Assembly (NCBI GenBank): GCA_963665325.3
Contig: CAXXWS020000003.1
Coordinates: 224,001 to 288,000, forward strand
Direction of reading: 5' to 3'
Length of the DNA stretch: 64,000 bases
Origin: Alphaproteobacteria bacterium
GTDB lineage: Bacteria; Pseudomonadota; Alphaproteobacteria; Bin95
Both the position numbers and the translations under genes were made by a program. The notes under the pieces were generated by a model, which was not told the origin of the DNA, searched no databases, and saw only the letters and a program-made list of their open reading frames with translations. How positions within the stretch are numbered: position 1 is the first letter of the stretch; each line of letters starts with the position of its first letter. This document shows positions 1 through 12,885 of this stretch, piece by piece.

Positions 1-3000
1 TTCGGTCTCATCGGCGCCGAGCGCGACCTGGTGGCCGGCGTCGTTGCTCGCATCGGCGGGCATGATCGATGCGGTCCCGCCGTCTGCCCCGGTCGCCGTC
101 ACCGTCGCCTTGTCGAGGCTCCCCGTAATCGTCGCCGTGTAGGCTCTGGTCGACCCGGCGAATACGGGCGTCAGGGCAACCTCCGAACCCCCGTAGGAAA
201 GCTGAAGCGAGCCGAGCAGCGCTGCAGCAAGTGTCTGGTCGCCCCGCACCTTGTGACCTGAGCGCGCGGTCAATCGCGTGCCACCGATATCGGCCTCGCG
301 CTGGTCCGATACCCCCTTGATGGTCGCCCCGTTCAGCACCAGCGCATTGTCCGGAACGGCGAGGCCGTCGTCGTCCCGGTCCGATGCCACCACGGTGTGC
401 TCGAAGTTGAGGGTCCGGCTCCCGGTCATGTCCACGTAGGCGAAGGCTCTCTCGACCACCGGGTTCGACGAGTCGAAATTCACCTGGAGCGTGGGGGCGC
501 CGCCAGTGGTATCGAGTGCGATGTCTGCGGTGAAGGTCACGGCGATGGCGATGCGCTCACCCTGCGCATAGGTGTCGCTGCCGTGCAGCGGCGTGGAAGT
601 GACCGTCACCTCCTGGATGCTCGGTATGCTTCGATTGACCTGTACCGTCTTGCGTCCCGGGTCCACGCTGTCGTAGCCGCCGCCGGTGCCGGTGTGGGTC
701 AAGGCAAACGTGCCGCTCGTGCCGGTCACCGGATCCGCGGCGGTCACCGTGACGGTTTGCGCCTGATACCAGGTGTCGGGCGTAAACGTCAGGCTGGTGG
801 GGCTGGTGGCGAGATTGTCTCCACCGCCGGCAATGGCCACTTCGACATTGCCGGTCGGCCGCCTCTTCAGGCGGACGCGGTAGTCGCCGGACGCGCCTTC
901 GTCGATCGTGACCGTCGCGGTCGAGAACTTGTAGCCATAGGCGATGTCGTCGTCCTCGACGAACACTGGCAGGGTGACGTCAAGCGCATCGTCGTAGCCA
1001 CCGCCGGAGGCGCTGTGCTTCAGCGAATAGTGCTCTTCGTGGTCGGCGCTCGCGTCGTTGTTCGACCTCACGCTGATCTGCTGCGGCTCATCCCAGTTGT
1101 CGGTGGTGAAGGTCAGCGACGCCGACCGGCCCCCGCTACCGGTTGGAACGGTGCTGCCGACACCGACTCGCAGTCGATTGATGCCACCACCGGCGGCCCG
1201 GCGCGCGATTGCCACCGTCACATCGCCGGTCGGCGCACTTCCCAGCACGACCGTGTAGCTCGAGACGGGCAGCTTGGTTGTCGCGTCTGCCTCCAGGACA
1301 TGCAGGAGGGTCTCGGAAAGCAGGATCGCCGGCGTGGGCGCCATTTCCGTGACCAGTACATCCAGCTTGGCGGTGACCCCCGCGTAGTCGCCTCCGCTCG
1401 CTGTGTAGGTCAGAGCCACCTGATCATCGTCCGAATCGGAAGCGGCGGCCGCAGAGACCGTGACCGTCAGCGGCTGGTCCCACACATCGGGTTCGAACTC
1501 GAGCCGGGTCGGCGTGACCGTGAGGTCGGTGCCCGCATGTCCGGCCAGGTCGAGCGTCACCTTGCCCGTCGGTTTGGTCGCCAATTGGACGGTCCAGGTG
1601 GCGCTCGTGTCTTCGGGCACCGACAGCGAAGAGACCGAGAGTGTGATGTCGGGAACATCATTGTCGCTCAGGGTGACGTCGATATCGGCACTGACCGACC
1701 GATAGTTCCCGCCGCTTGCGCTGTGCGTCAGCGTGGGGTTCCCGCCGGACGCATCGTCATCCTGGGATGCCGTCAGGCTGACGGTCTGGGCCTGGTTCCA
1801 GTCCGACGAGGTGAAGCTCAGCCGGCTCGGGCTCGCGACGATGCCGGAGCTGGCGCCGGCGTCGATCGAGACGGTGACCGCTTCGCTCGGCGCGGTCGCC
1901 AGCGCCACCGTGTAATCCACGGTCTCGCCTTCGGTGATGTCGATGGACGATACCGAGAGGCTGAGCGCAGACGCGTCGTCGTCATAGATGGTCCCCAGCG
2001 CCGCCGACATGGTCCCGAGTTCCGCGTTGGTCGAGGGGTTCGACAGAGTCAGGGTGAAGGTCTCGGGGGTTGCCTCGTCGACGCTGTCCTGCGTCGTCGC
2101 GATGCTGATCGTGCCCGACGTCTCACCCGCGGCAATGGTCAGCGTCGTGCTGTTCACCGCGGTGAAATCCGTGGCGGAAGCCGTATCGGCGGCGGCGATC
2201 GAGGTCTCGTAGTCCACCGTGACATCGTCCGCGGCCGCAGGACTCAGGGTCACGGTGAACTCCACGCTCGAGCCCTCGACGGCAGATGCAGGGGCGATGT
2301 CGAGATCGGGAACGATGTCGCTTGCGAGAATCGTGCCGGTGGCCGATGCGGGGCTGCCGAGGACGGCGTTCGCGGACGGGCTGGACAGCGTGACGGTGAA
2401 CGTTTCCGCTTCTTCTTCGATGCTGTCGTCGATGGTCGCGATGGAGATGGTGGCGCTGGTCTGCCCGCTCGAGATGGTGACGCTCTGCGCCGATGCCGAC
2501 GTGTAGTCCGAACCGCCCGTCGCGCTGCCATTGCTGGTCGCGTACTCGACCGTCACGTCGTCGGAAAGCGACTGGCTGAGCGTGACGGTGAACTCCACGG
2601 CCGAGCCCTCGGCTGCCGATGCGTCGGAAATGCTCAGTTTGGGATAGTTCGGGTTGGCGTGGCCCTGAACGCTGAAGAGGAGGGAATCGGTTTCCGTAGT
2701 GGCGTTGCTCCAGCTCGAGCCGGTTTTATTCAGCCGGTTGTCTCCGATGCTCCAACCCGAGAGGCCGGTCGAGTCCTCCGTATCCGTTTCGTGCTTCCCC
2801 CAGGTCATCCGGTCGTTTTGCGACGCGTGCTCCTCGTTCACCACCACCCAATAGGTGGTGTTGGGCTCCAAGGTGATGTCTGCGGGTGCCGCGTAGGAAT
2901 GAAATGACGGCGGGACGCCGAATTGGATGCTGACGTCGTCCGGGGAGTCAGCGAGCTCGGCAAGCAGCGTTCCCGGGCGACCGGCGTTGTCATGCTTGAC

Positions 3001-3540
3001 GGTGGCGTAGGTGCCCGACCTGGCCGAAGCGGACGAGGTGTTTGAGGGAGCGAGCCGGATAGCGGACAGCGTATAGCCGGCGGCATTGTCACCCGTGGTG
3101 AAACTGGTGGCCGCGACGTCCGTATTGACGCCACAAAAGCATGCCAGGCTCTCGTTCGAGACCAGGGTTCGCGTCGTCTGCGCCTGCGCCTGTGCCGGCG
3201 CTGCCAGCAGCATCGCGAACGCCAGCAGGGCAGCCACCGGAAACCGCTTCGCAAGAAGCCGGAAGGCAGCGCTCGACGCGGCCCACGGCCGGCAGGCTGC
3301 GACTCGCGATACGTTGGCGGGCGTATCCGACAATCCTCCGTGTGGGCTTGCGACCTTCGTCGTCGCGGGCAATACCCTCGTAGACGTCTCGTCTATCGGG
3401 CACAGCGCGCGCGCTGTGCCCTCCGGCCACCGGGGCACAACCGCCACGCACTTTTCCGTTCCCGCCTCCAAGATGGACTTGGCGAGCCTCGCCAACCGAC
3501 CCGTCACCCGATGGGACCCCCTCACACTCTCTGACCGCAT
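1..3540 (-). CDS. Large secreted surface protein/adhesin (signal peptide, choice-of-anchor-R-like domain, Calx-beta and Ig/cadherin-like repeats); 3' end outside the window, start uncertain (ATG 3540 or TTG 3333)
   Basis: Absent from the ORF track (no stop in window). My translation gives VAALLAFAMLLAAPAQAQ, then TLVSNES..SFTTGDNAAGYTLSAI..LEPNTTYWVVV..GWSIGD, then repeats such as LSISDASAAEGSAVEFTVTLS..DDSIEEEAETFTVTLS and LTFTPDTWYQAQTVTV. Confidence 0.85.
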   Translation of the reverse strand, partial: MRSESVRGSHRVTGRLARLAKSILEAGTEKCVAVVPRWPEGTARALCPIDETSTRVLPATTKVASPHGGLSDTPANVSRVAACRPWAASSAAFRLLAKRFPVAALLAFAMLLAAPAQAQAQTTRTLVSNESLACFCGVNTDVAATSFTTGDNAAGYTLSAIRLAPSNTSSASARSGTYATVKHDNAGRPGTLLAELADSPDDVSIQFGVPPSFHSYAAPADITLEPNTTYWVVVNEEHASQNDRMTWGKHETDTEDSTGLSGWSIGDNRLNKTGSSWSNATTETDSLLFSVQGHANPNYPKLSISDASAAEGSAVEFTVTLSQSLSDDVTVEYATSNGSATGGSDYTSASAQSVTISSGQTSATISIATIDDSIEEEAETFTVTLSSPSANAVLGSPASATGTILASDIVPDLDIAPASAVEGSSVEFTVTLSPAAADDVTVDYETSIAAADTASATDFTAVNSTTLTIAAGETSGTISIATTQDSVDEATPETFTLTLSNPSTNAELGTMSAALGTIYDDDASALSLSVSSIDITEGETVDYTVALATAPSEAVTVSIDAGASSGIVASPSRLSFTSSDWNQAQTVSLTASQDDDASGGNPTLTHSASGGNYRSVSADIDVTLSDNDVPDITLSVSSLSVPEDTSATWTVQLATKPTGKVTLDLAGHAGTDLTVTPTRLEFEPDVWDQPLTVTVSAAAASDSDDDQVALTYTASGGDYAGVTAKLDVLVTEMAPTPAILLSETLLHVLEADATTKLPVSSYTVVLGSAPTGDVTVAIARRAAGGGINRLRVGVGSTVPTGSGGRSASLTFTTDNWDEPQQISVRSNNDASADHEEHYSLKHSASGGGYDDALDVTLPVFVEDDDIAYGYKFSTATVTIDEGASGDYRVRLKRRPTGNVEVAIAGGGDNLATSPTSLTFTPDTWYQAQTVTVTAADPVTGTSGTFALTHTGTGGGYDSVDPGRKTVQVNRSIPSIQEVTVTSTPLHGSDTYAQGERIAIAVTFTADIALDTTGGAPTLQVNFDSSNPVVERAFAYVDMTGSRTLNFEHTVVASDRDDDGLAVPDNALVLNGATIKGVSDQREADIGGTRLTARSGHKVRGDQTLAAALLGSLQLSYGGSEVALTPVFAGSTRAYTATITGSLDKATVTATGADGGTASIMPADASNDAGHQVALGADETE

Positions 3541-4091
3541 GGCCTCCCCCAAGCCCCGAAGGTCCTGGAAAATCCCCAAACAGTGCCTGCGGCCAACGAA
3601 AACGGTGTTCGAACGAAGGACGGGACACTACACAATTGAAGATAATGTTTGTGTAAGTGTTTGAATAAAATAAATGAGCTTTTTATAATATTGGATGGAA
3701 TTTCGCCATGTCAACCGTCGGGATTCGTGCTGTCTTGCGATGCCTGCGCCGGCCGTTCGGGTCGAAACCCGGCTGGCCTGGAAAAAGAGGGCGGCACGGA
3801 GAATTCGGCCCACACCGAAAGAATTGTGTTCGACCAGACCGGACCGCTTGATACCGTGGCCCGCAACCTCGTACCGTTCTCTACCCGCTTCACGACGCGC
3901 GAAGGACTGAGGTGGCATGTGCAGGATGACTTCAGGCGAGACATGCAGGAAGTTGTAACGACAGGACGCGCCCTCGGTGCGCTGGACCCAGAGTTGAAGC
4001 AAATTCGCTTACGGTACGATTGCGGATGAGCTCGATGCTTCCTGCACAGGTGAGGCGCGAAACACCGTAATGCATTGGTGTATAACCAAGA

Positions 4092-6203
4092 ATGACTGAC
4101 AAGAAGCCCGTCTGCCGAGTAGGTATCGATGTTGGCGGCACCTTCACCGACGCAATCCTCATAAACGAGGACACGGGCGAGACCCGAATCGCCAAAGTCC
4201 CCTCCACCCCCCGGGACCCCTCGATCGGCTTTCTCGCCGCGGTGGAGCGCATCCTGCGCGAGGCGGGCATCGGGGCGGCGGATGTAGGATACCTCGTGCA
4301 TGGGACCACGGTGGCCACCAACGCCATCATCGAGGGAAAGCTGGCCCCTTCCGGCTTCATCACCACGGAGGGGTTCCGGGACATGCTGGAGATCCAGCGC
4401 CAGATCCGGCCTTCCCTCTATGACCTGCTGTTCGAGAAGCCGCGGCCGCTCGCGCCCCGCTACCTGTGTTTCGGTATCCCGGAACGTCTCGATGCGTCCG
4501 GATCGGTGGTGACGCCGCTGGACGAACAGGCGGTTGCCCGGGCGGCCGAAATGCTCAGGAAGGAAGGCGTGGAGGCGCTTGGCGTGTGCTATCTCCACGC
4601 CTACCGCAATCCCGAACACGAGCGGCGCACGCGCGAGATCGTGCACGAGGTCTTCCCGGAAGCGGCAGTCTCGCTCTCCTCGGAGGTCGCCCCCGAGTTC
4701 CGCGAGTATTTCCGGGCCAGCACCACACTCGTCAACGCCGGCGTGCGGCCCATTGTCGAGCGCTATCTCTCCAGCATCGAGGCCCGCCTGCGCGATGCGG
4801 GATTCAGGGGACAGCTGCTGGTCATGCAGTCGAGCGGCGGCGTGCTGACCTTCGAGGCCGCCCGCATCAAGCCCGTGTTCATGGTCGAGTCGGGACCCGC
4901 GGCGGGCGTCATCGTCTCCGCCCACCTCGGCGAGGTGCTGGGTTTCGACAACATCCTGTCCTTCGACATGGGCGGCACGACCGCCAAGACGGGACTCGTC
5001 GAGCACGGCACCCCCGGCATCACCAAGGAGTACGAGGTCGGCACCGCGGCCCGGGCCGAGCACGGCGCCAAGGGCGCCGGCTATCCCATCCGGACCCCGG
5101 TGATCGATCTGGTCGAGATCGGCGCGGGCGGCGGCTCCATCGCGTGGGTGGACACGGGCGGCGTGTTGCGGGTCGGCCCGCAGAGCGCCGGTGCCGATCC
5201 GGCGCCCGCCTGCTACGGGAAAGGAGGGACCGAGCCCACTATCACGGACGCGAACCTCGTGCTGAAGCGCCTCGATCCCGACCATTTCCTCGGCGGCGAG
5301 ATGCGCCTCGACGAGGACGCGGCCTGGCGGGCCATCGAGGAGAAATGCGCGGGCCCGCTCGGCCTGGACGTGGTCTCGGTGGCGCTCGGCATCGTGGAGA
5401 TCGCCAACAGCGCCATGGTCGGCGCGCTCCGGCGCATTTCGATCCAGCGAGGCCACGACCCGCGGGACTTCGTCCTCGTGGCCTTCGGCGGCGCCGGCCC
5501 CGTGCATGCCAACCGCCTCGCCGCAGAGCTCGACATCCCCACCGTGCTCGTTCCCATGAGCCCGGGCACGACCTCGGCCATGGGCCTGCTGGTCACCGAC
5601 ATCAAGCACGACTACTCCGCCACGCTGATACAGCGCACGGACGCCCTCGACCCGGGCCAGGTGGACCGGCTCTATCGCGGGATGGAGGAACGGGGCAGGA
5701 AGGCGCTGCTGGCCGAGGGAATGGGGCATGCGAGCATCGGGTTCGAGCGCCAGGTGGACATGCGGTATGTCGGCCAGAGCTACGAGCTGCCCATACCGCT
5801 CGGCAACGGCGGCGCGGCCGACGCTCTGGCCTCGATGTTGCGGAAGTTTCACGCGGAGCACGAACGCGCATACGGCTTCGCGGCCCCGGAAGAGCCGGTG
5901 GAGTTCGTGACGCTCAGGCTCACCGCGGTCGGCAATATCGAAAAGCCGAAGCTGCGGGAGCTTCGCGCGGGCGGCGGCGATGCGGCGGCGGCCCGGCGCG
6001 CGGTCCGCCAGGTCTATTTCGCGGAGGCCGGCGGTTTCACCGACTGCCCGAGCTACGACCGCTACAGGCTCCCGGCAGGCGGCGCGATTGAAGGGCCGGC
6101 CATCGTGGAGGAGATCGACTCGACCACAGTGATCCACCCGGGCTTCCACGCCGGGGTGGACCGCTTCGGCAACCTCCTCATCCGGCCCGGAAGCCGGTCC
6201 TGA
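4092..6203 (+). CDS. hyuA: Hydantoinase A/5-oxoprolinase family ATP-binding subunit
   Basis: GIDVGGTFTD, HGTTVATNA, ESGPAAG, DMGGTTAK, GPQSAGADPAP, DMRYVGQSYEL. Confidence 0.9.
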   Translation: MTDKKPVCRVGIDVGGTFTDAILINEDTGETRIAKVPSTPRDPSIGFLAAVERILREAGIGAADVGYLVHGTTVATNAIIEGKLAPSGFITTEGFRDMLEIQRQIRPSLYDLLFEKPRPLAPRYLCFGIPERLDASGSVVTPLDEQAVARAAEMLRKEGVEALGVCYLHAYRNPEHERRTREIVHEVFPEAAVSLSSEVAPEFREYFRASTTLVNAGVRPIVERYLSSIEARLRDAGFRGQLLVMQSSGGVLTFEAARIKPVFMVESGPAAGVIVSAHLGEVLGFDNILSFDMGGTTAKTGLVEHGTPGITKEYEVGTAARAEHGAKGAGYPIRTPVIDLVEIGAGGGSIAWVDTGGVLRVGPQSAGADPAPACYGKGGTEPTITDANLVLKRLDPDHFLGGEMRLDEDAAWRAIEEKCAGPLGLDVVSVALGIVEIANSAMVGALRRISIQRGHDPRDFVLVAFGGAGPVHANRLAAELDIPTVLVPMSPGTTSAMGLLVTDIKHDYSATLIQRTDALDPGQVDRLYRGMEERGRKALLAEGMGHASIGFERQVDMRYVGQSYELPIPLGNGGAADALASMLRKFHAEHERAYGFAAPEEPVEFVTLRLTAVGNIEKPKLRELRAGGGDAAAARRAVRQVYFAEAGGFTDCPSYDRYRLPAGGAIEGPAIVEEIDSTTVIHPGFHAGVDRFGNLLIRPGSRS

Positions 6204-9200
6204 CGTCGGTAGACGGCCCGCCGCGACGGTAAAGGACAGTTCCGGGGGACCGCCCGGACGTGTTCGGGGGCGAGCCCATCGTCCGCGACATGCCGATATC
6301 GGCGGAACTCATCCTGAGCCTGCTTGCGCCGGCCGTGACACCGGTACCCATTCTGGACGATTCGAAGACCCAACGCTGGCCTTGTCCCGACAACGCCGGA
6401 GACCATCCCGCCCATTGCCTTCTCACACAGACCAACAGACACACCCCGGGTGCACCCTTTCTCGTTTGGTTCCTAATTCCGCTATTCCACCGGCAGAACT
6501 GAACGCCCGTCCATCCACTTTCGAAAACGACGTTCCCCCCCGTCCGCAGCCTCCGCCCCATACCGCGCCAACTCAGGGTTCGCATCCTGCAACCTCTTCA
6601 TTCGTGCCTCCGCTTCCTTAGCCCTGGGAGGGGATACATCGTTCCACACGCACTGCGCTGCCCTAAAAGATGCTGCTGCCTCCTCCTCATTCCCAACCGC
6701 CAATGCCAACTCCCCAACCCAAAACCTTATATAGCCTCTGTTGAGCCGATCTATTTGTCCCCTTCCTTTTTCCAACATTGCTGCCGACTTCAAGTAAACT
6801 TGCTCGGCCGGTCCCAAATCTCCCTTAAAGAACAAGCACCTGCCAAGGTTGCCGTAAAAGGAAGCGTGTTCCCCCCCTTCTTCCTCCCGCGCGGCTAACA
6901 CCTCCTTCAGCTCCCGTCCCGCCAAGAACATTGTCATCGCGTCGCTGAGCCTCCCCCCGTCTCGCAGCGCCAGCGCGAGATTATGTTTCGATGAAAACCC
7001 CGTATCCACTGCCGATCTTTTCTTGAGGCTTTCGCCTTCTTCCCCCCAACTAATCGCCGCCTCGTGCTCGCCGACGTACCATTTTTCGTAACACCGAAGA
7101 TCACAAAGCAAAATATACTGCGCGCTCCTTCCTGGTATCGCCTCCTCGAATCGCCTCAACAGTTCGTCCACTCCTTCATGACCCATCTGAATCATCTGTG
7201 TAAGGCTTCTATGAAACACCGCGTCAAAATCTTTGTACATCGAGCACGCCACCGCCCAATCACAACGAGAAAGTAGGTAACGGACAATTCTGACTAACTC
7301 CTCAGAATATCCCCGATTAGCCAAAGATCCGGCGACGTCCGAAATTGTCTCTACAGCTTCCTCGTAACGCCCGAAGGTGATTTGCAACTCGGCCTTCCGG
7401 ACCCAATACTCTAAGATCGTGAACGCGGGCTCTTGTCCAAGAATGTGTCTAAATCTTCTGATATTTTCCTCGAAAAAAGTTAGAATAGTGCCGATGTATT
7501 TCTCTCTATCCTTTTTTGGGAAATTTGTTCTGACAAAATCCCGGATTATTGGGTGAAGACCGAATAACTTGGTACCATTTGCTTCCGCTCTGACTTCCAC
7601 CAAATGATAAGCATGCAATGTCCGCAATGTTCTATGTAGCCGGTTAAAATTAATCCCATTAATTAGTTGTTCGATATGTTCCTCAGGTTCTGGACGATCC
7701 AACTCGGCCATTGTGCGTAGCACTTGTTGTTGTCTTTCATTCAGCGCGTCCCAGCTAGTCTTCACTGACTGCGGTATCGCATCTCCACCCAAAGGTAACT
7801 GTTGTAATGCCGCCTGTAGACCAACTTTTTGCCAAACTGCTCGCAAAATAATTAAGTTCATCCTCAGCGGATGACCTTTGGTAGAGTTATACAGATCCTT
7901 GGCCAAATGCAGCTCGTCAGACTGAACTCCTCGTGCCTTGATAAATTCCCCCGTTTCTTGCTCCGAAAACCCTTGGAGCGGCAAAACCAATGACCTCTCA
8001 TCACTGACATCAACGTCCGGCCTACAAGTAAACACGAAGGTACATCTATGGGCTCTAGTTTGAATCTCGGAGACAAGTAAATCTAACCCCTTGACCAATT
8101 GCATTGTTTCCAGATCTACGTATTGGTCGACGTTGTCGAATACGAATAAAATTCGTTTGTCTCCGATGAACCTAAATAATATCGCGATGACAGCCTCTAC
8201 ATCGATCGAGTCTATACGTCCGACGTCGACAAAACCATCGGACAGCCTTTCAATGAGCCGCAAAAGTTGCGTGCTTAGGCGATCACTCTCTTCTCTGCAG
8301 TCGCGCCAATCCCACAGCTGATAATCTGCATTCTCAATTGCAGCTTCTTGCACAAGGCGGCCCGCGAGAGCAGATTTTCCTTGGCCTCCAATACCAGTGA
8401 TGAAGATGAGCGGGTTATTGGCGGATCGAAGCGCGGCGAGCTCATGGCTCCGACCAACCCAAGGGGCGATGAAGAGAGGGCTGTCCGGCTCAGGGGCGGT
8501 ATGAGCTAACCGAGGGTGTGCGGTGTGGGCTTTTGAGCGTGGTCTTTGGGAGAGCTCAAACGAAACGATATCGGGGACGGCGCTCGACGGCAAAGAGGTG
8601 GGTGGGTGCACGTAAGGCGTATCGCCGCGGAGATTGCGAAATGCGGCTAAAAGGTCAGAGAAAAGAGTTTGGCAATTGACTCCCTTATATAGCGAAACAC
8701 GTCCTCGATGTATGCCGGAAGAATGCGACGACAAGAGGGCCGACTGGGTGGATTGAATTCTTAGGTCGTCGTTTTCGTGAAAGGTCCAGAGAATATCGGG
8801 GGTGCTTCCTAGATCGGCAATCAAGTCAGTAAGAGTATGGGAGATGACATCATCCCAGCCACCATACCCGACGACGACTAAGGTGGAGGATGCTATGAGT
8901 CGGGCCAGAGAGTGCTTAAGGAGCGGGCGGGGTTGAGTCAATTGCTGGGGTGTGTGGAGGGTGTCAGAACCACGCCAATAGCCGTGTAAATGAACAATAT
9001 GAGTGCCGTCGGAGAAGGTTTGTTGAAGATTGCCGTCGCTCTGTAAGACAGTGTAGTAAGCCTGTCCGCCATGCTTGCGTATAGAAATGTGGATCAAGGG
9101 ATCGAAGTTAGTGGTTAATATTGTGCGGCCAAAGATATCAGGAAAGCTGACAACAAGTTGACCCAATTGATCTGATGCTCGCGGAAGATGCCAAGCTTCC

Positions 9201-9438
9201 GTATCCCGTTCCAATTCTTGATATTTGTCTGAATGATCGTCGACATTGTTTAGATCTAGCGGGGCGGAAAGTAAAGAACAATCGGGCTTTAGGGAGCGAG
9301 CGATGGCGCGAAGCAGTACTTTGGTGACGAATGCGGGGCCGCGGCTGCCGTACAAAAAGTGAAATGCGGATTGATAAGAATTATCCCGGTTTTGCGAGAT
9401 AAGTTGATCAAACTCGGAAAGAGAGGAGGAGGATTCTA

Positions 9439-10275
9439 GGTCGTGTACCCATAAGGTGTTTCGTGATTTTCGAAGATGTGATTCAAGCTCCCAACCTCAG
9501 GGAGCTTGGAGATGGGCCGCTACGATCTGACGGACTTCGAATGGCGTGTGATTGAGCCGCTGCTGCCGAACAAGCCCCGCGGCGTCCCTCGGGTGGACGA
9601 TCGCCGAGTGTTGAACGGCATTCTGTGGGTGCTTCGCACGGGGGCGCCGTGGCGTGACCTCCCGGAGCGCTACGGGCCTTATACGACCTGCTACAACCGG
9701 TTCAACCGCTGGCGCAAGAAGGGCGTCTGGGATCAGTTGATGGATGCGGTGGTGGAGGCTTACGACAGCAACGTGCAGATGATCGACAGTTCGAGCGTCC
9801 GGGTTCACCAGCACGCGGCGGGTGCAAAAAGGGGGGTCCGGATCGTTGCATGGGTCGTTCCCGTGGTGGACTGACCACGAAGATCCACGCCGTGGCGGAC
9901 GTTACCGGTCTGCCGATCCGCTACGACCTCAGCCCCGGCCAGGCACACGACAGCACGACCGCCGGCGCCATGCTGGCGAACCTGCCGCCCGACAGTTTCC
10001 TGATCGCCGACAAGGCCTATGACGCCAAATGGATCCGTGAGCTGATCGAGCAACGCGATGCCGTCGCGATCATCCCCGACCGAGAAGGCGCGAAGACCAG
10101 GCACGCCTTCAGCAAACTGTTGTATCGATTGCGAAATCGTATCGAACGCGCCTTCAACAAGCTCAAGCAGTTCCGCCGCATCGCCACCCGCTACGAAAAG
10201 CTCGCGGCCAACTTCCTGGCCATGATCAAGATCGCAACTATCAGACTCTGGCTACGTGCTTATGAGTCCACGACC
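9439..10275 (+). mobile_element. IS5-family (IS427-like) insertion sequence, 837 bp
   Basis: 17-bp terminal IRs GGTCGTGTACCCATAAG / GGTCGTGGACTCATAAG (2 mismatches); TA duplication at 9437-38 and 10276-77 within a CTAG target. Confidence 0.93.
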
Positions 10276-10278
10276 TAG
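9512..10278 (+). CDS. tnp: IS5-family DDE transposase, orfA/orfB joined by a probable -1 frameshift
   Basis: orfA LTDFEW..WRDLPERYGP; orfB GRSRGGLTTKIH..ADKAYD..RNRIERAFNKLKQFRRIATRYEK; slippery AAAAAGGGGGG at 9826-9836; stop TAG supplied by the target site. Confidence 0.9.
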
Positions 10279-10626
10279 TTCTTGTCGAACAAGGTCAACC
10301 ATTTCGGAGACGCCAGGTATGCCTGGGCCGCCGCTGGCGTCGGGAAGGGAGAGAGCGGAACCCAATAGAAATGTAACGGGACGGTTAGTGATTGATGAGC
10401 CGGATATAAGGCGCTCTGCGATATGGGACGCGGGGAAAAAGGTGTGTGACATGATCAAAGACTGGAAGCGGATGTCTCAAGGAAACGATGTTGGCAAGGG
10501 TAACGGAAGGCATTGGGTTGGTCTAGAGAAGGGGCGCATTGGACAATCGCCAACTGAGAACCAGAATGCGGCGGCGGCGCGGAAGAGTCTTGCCGGCGAC
10601 AGGGGCGTCGTGCGACGGAAGCCCGC

Positions 10627-12234
<1,608 letters not shown>

Positions 12235-12276
12235 AGGCCCGCCGCGCCTGCGCGATCGGCCAGGGGGGCCGGCCGC

Positions 12277-12678
12277 TCAGGCCGCCTCGTCGGCCTCTTC
12301 GCCGCGCGTGGAGCGCGTGTAGGCCCTGTTGCAATGCTCGGCGCAATAGGGCTTGCCCGGCTCCGCCTCGGCCTTGCAGAAGTGGAAGTCGTCATCCTGC
12401 GGGTCGCCGAAGGGCCAATTGCAGACCGCCTTGCCGAGCGGGGCGAGGCGCACCGGACGGGGCGGCGTCGGCGAGGCCGGCAGGCGGCGGATCGGCGAGG
12501 GGCGCGGCGCGAGCCCCGAACGGTGCGCCTTGCCGACCACTGCATTCTTGGACACGCCGAGGCGGCGGCCGATCTCCGCCGTGCTGGCGCCTGTCGCCCA
12601 GAGTTTGCGCAACTCCAGAACCCGTTCCGTCGTCCAGGTCATCTGTTCCGCCCCGACACTGCGATCGATAGTAGTCAT
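12277..12678 (-). CDS. gcrA: GcrA-family cell-cycle regulator (short form; start 12678 or 12642)
   Basis: WTTERVLELRKLW..GVSKNAVVGKAHR; CNWPFGDP..FHFC..PYCAEH. Confidence 0.85.
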   Translation of the reverse strand: MTTIDRSVGAEQMTWTTERVLELRKLWATGASTAEIGRRLGVSKNAVVGKAHRSGLAPRPSPIRRLPASPTPPRPVRLAPLGKAVCNWPFGDPQDDDFHFCKAEAEPGKPYCAEHCNRAYTRSTRGEEADEAA

Positions 12679-12885
12679 GGGATAGAGATATACTAGATCC
12701 TGTGGGTTGCCGCAAGCGCTTCCATGCCCGAATTCGGGCTCCAGCAGCGGTGCGCCGGAGGCGGGGCCGCTCATTAGGGCTCGCAATTTTCCGCGGGCGC
12801 TGCTATATAGTGTTGAGACGATTTCTGCGGCGGACCCGGGGAATGGAGCGGTGCGCCGTAGGGCGACGATGGAGCTTCGTGGGTC

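Larger units (their letters stand above)
6482..10452 (-). pseudogene. Sir2(SIR2_2)-STAND NTPase-TPR antiphage protein (Avs5/AVAST-like), interrupted by an IS at 9439-10275
   Basis: N-terminal part VTFLLGSALSLP (10276-10452). Remainder has TILTTNFD, HLHGY, VVVGYGGWD, Walker A GIGGQGKS, Walker B LFVFDNVD and C-terminal TPR-like helices. GC visibly lower than flanks. Removing the IS joins the frames (..VRQELESSSS..). Confidence 0.85.

Noticed and set aside
397-2907. 836-aa plus-strand ORF
   Set aside because: Antisense shadow of the minus-strand adhesin. Many other long track ORFs (e.g. 3711-6149, 22771-25227, 45748-48375) are likewise high-GC shadows
3649-4029. 126-aa ORF upstream of hyuA
   Set aside because: No recognisable motif or convincing start; at most a remnant
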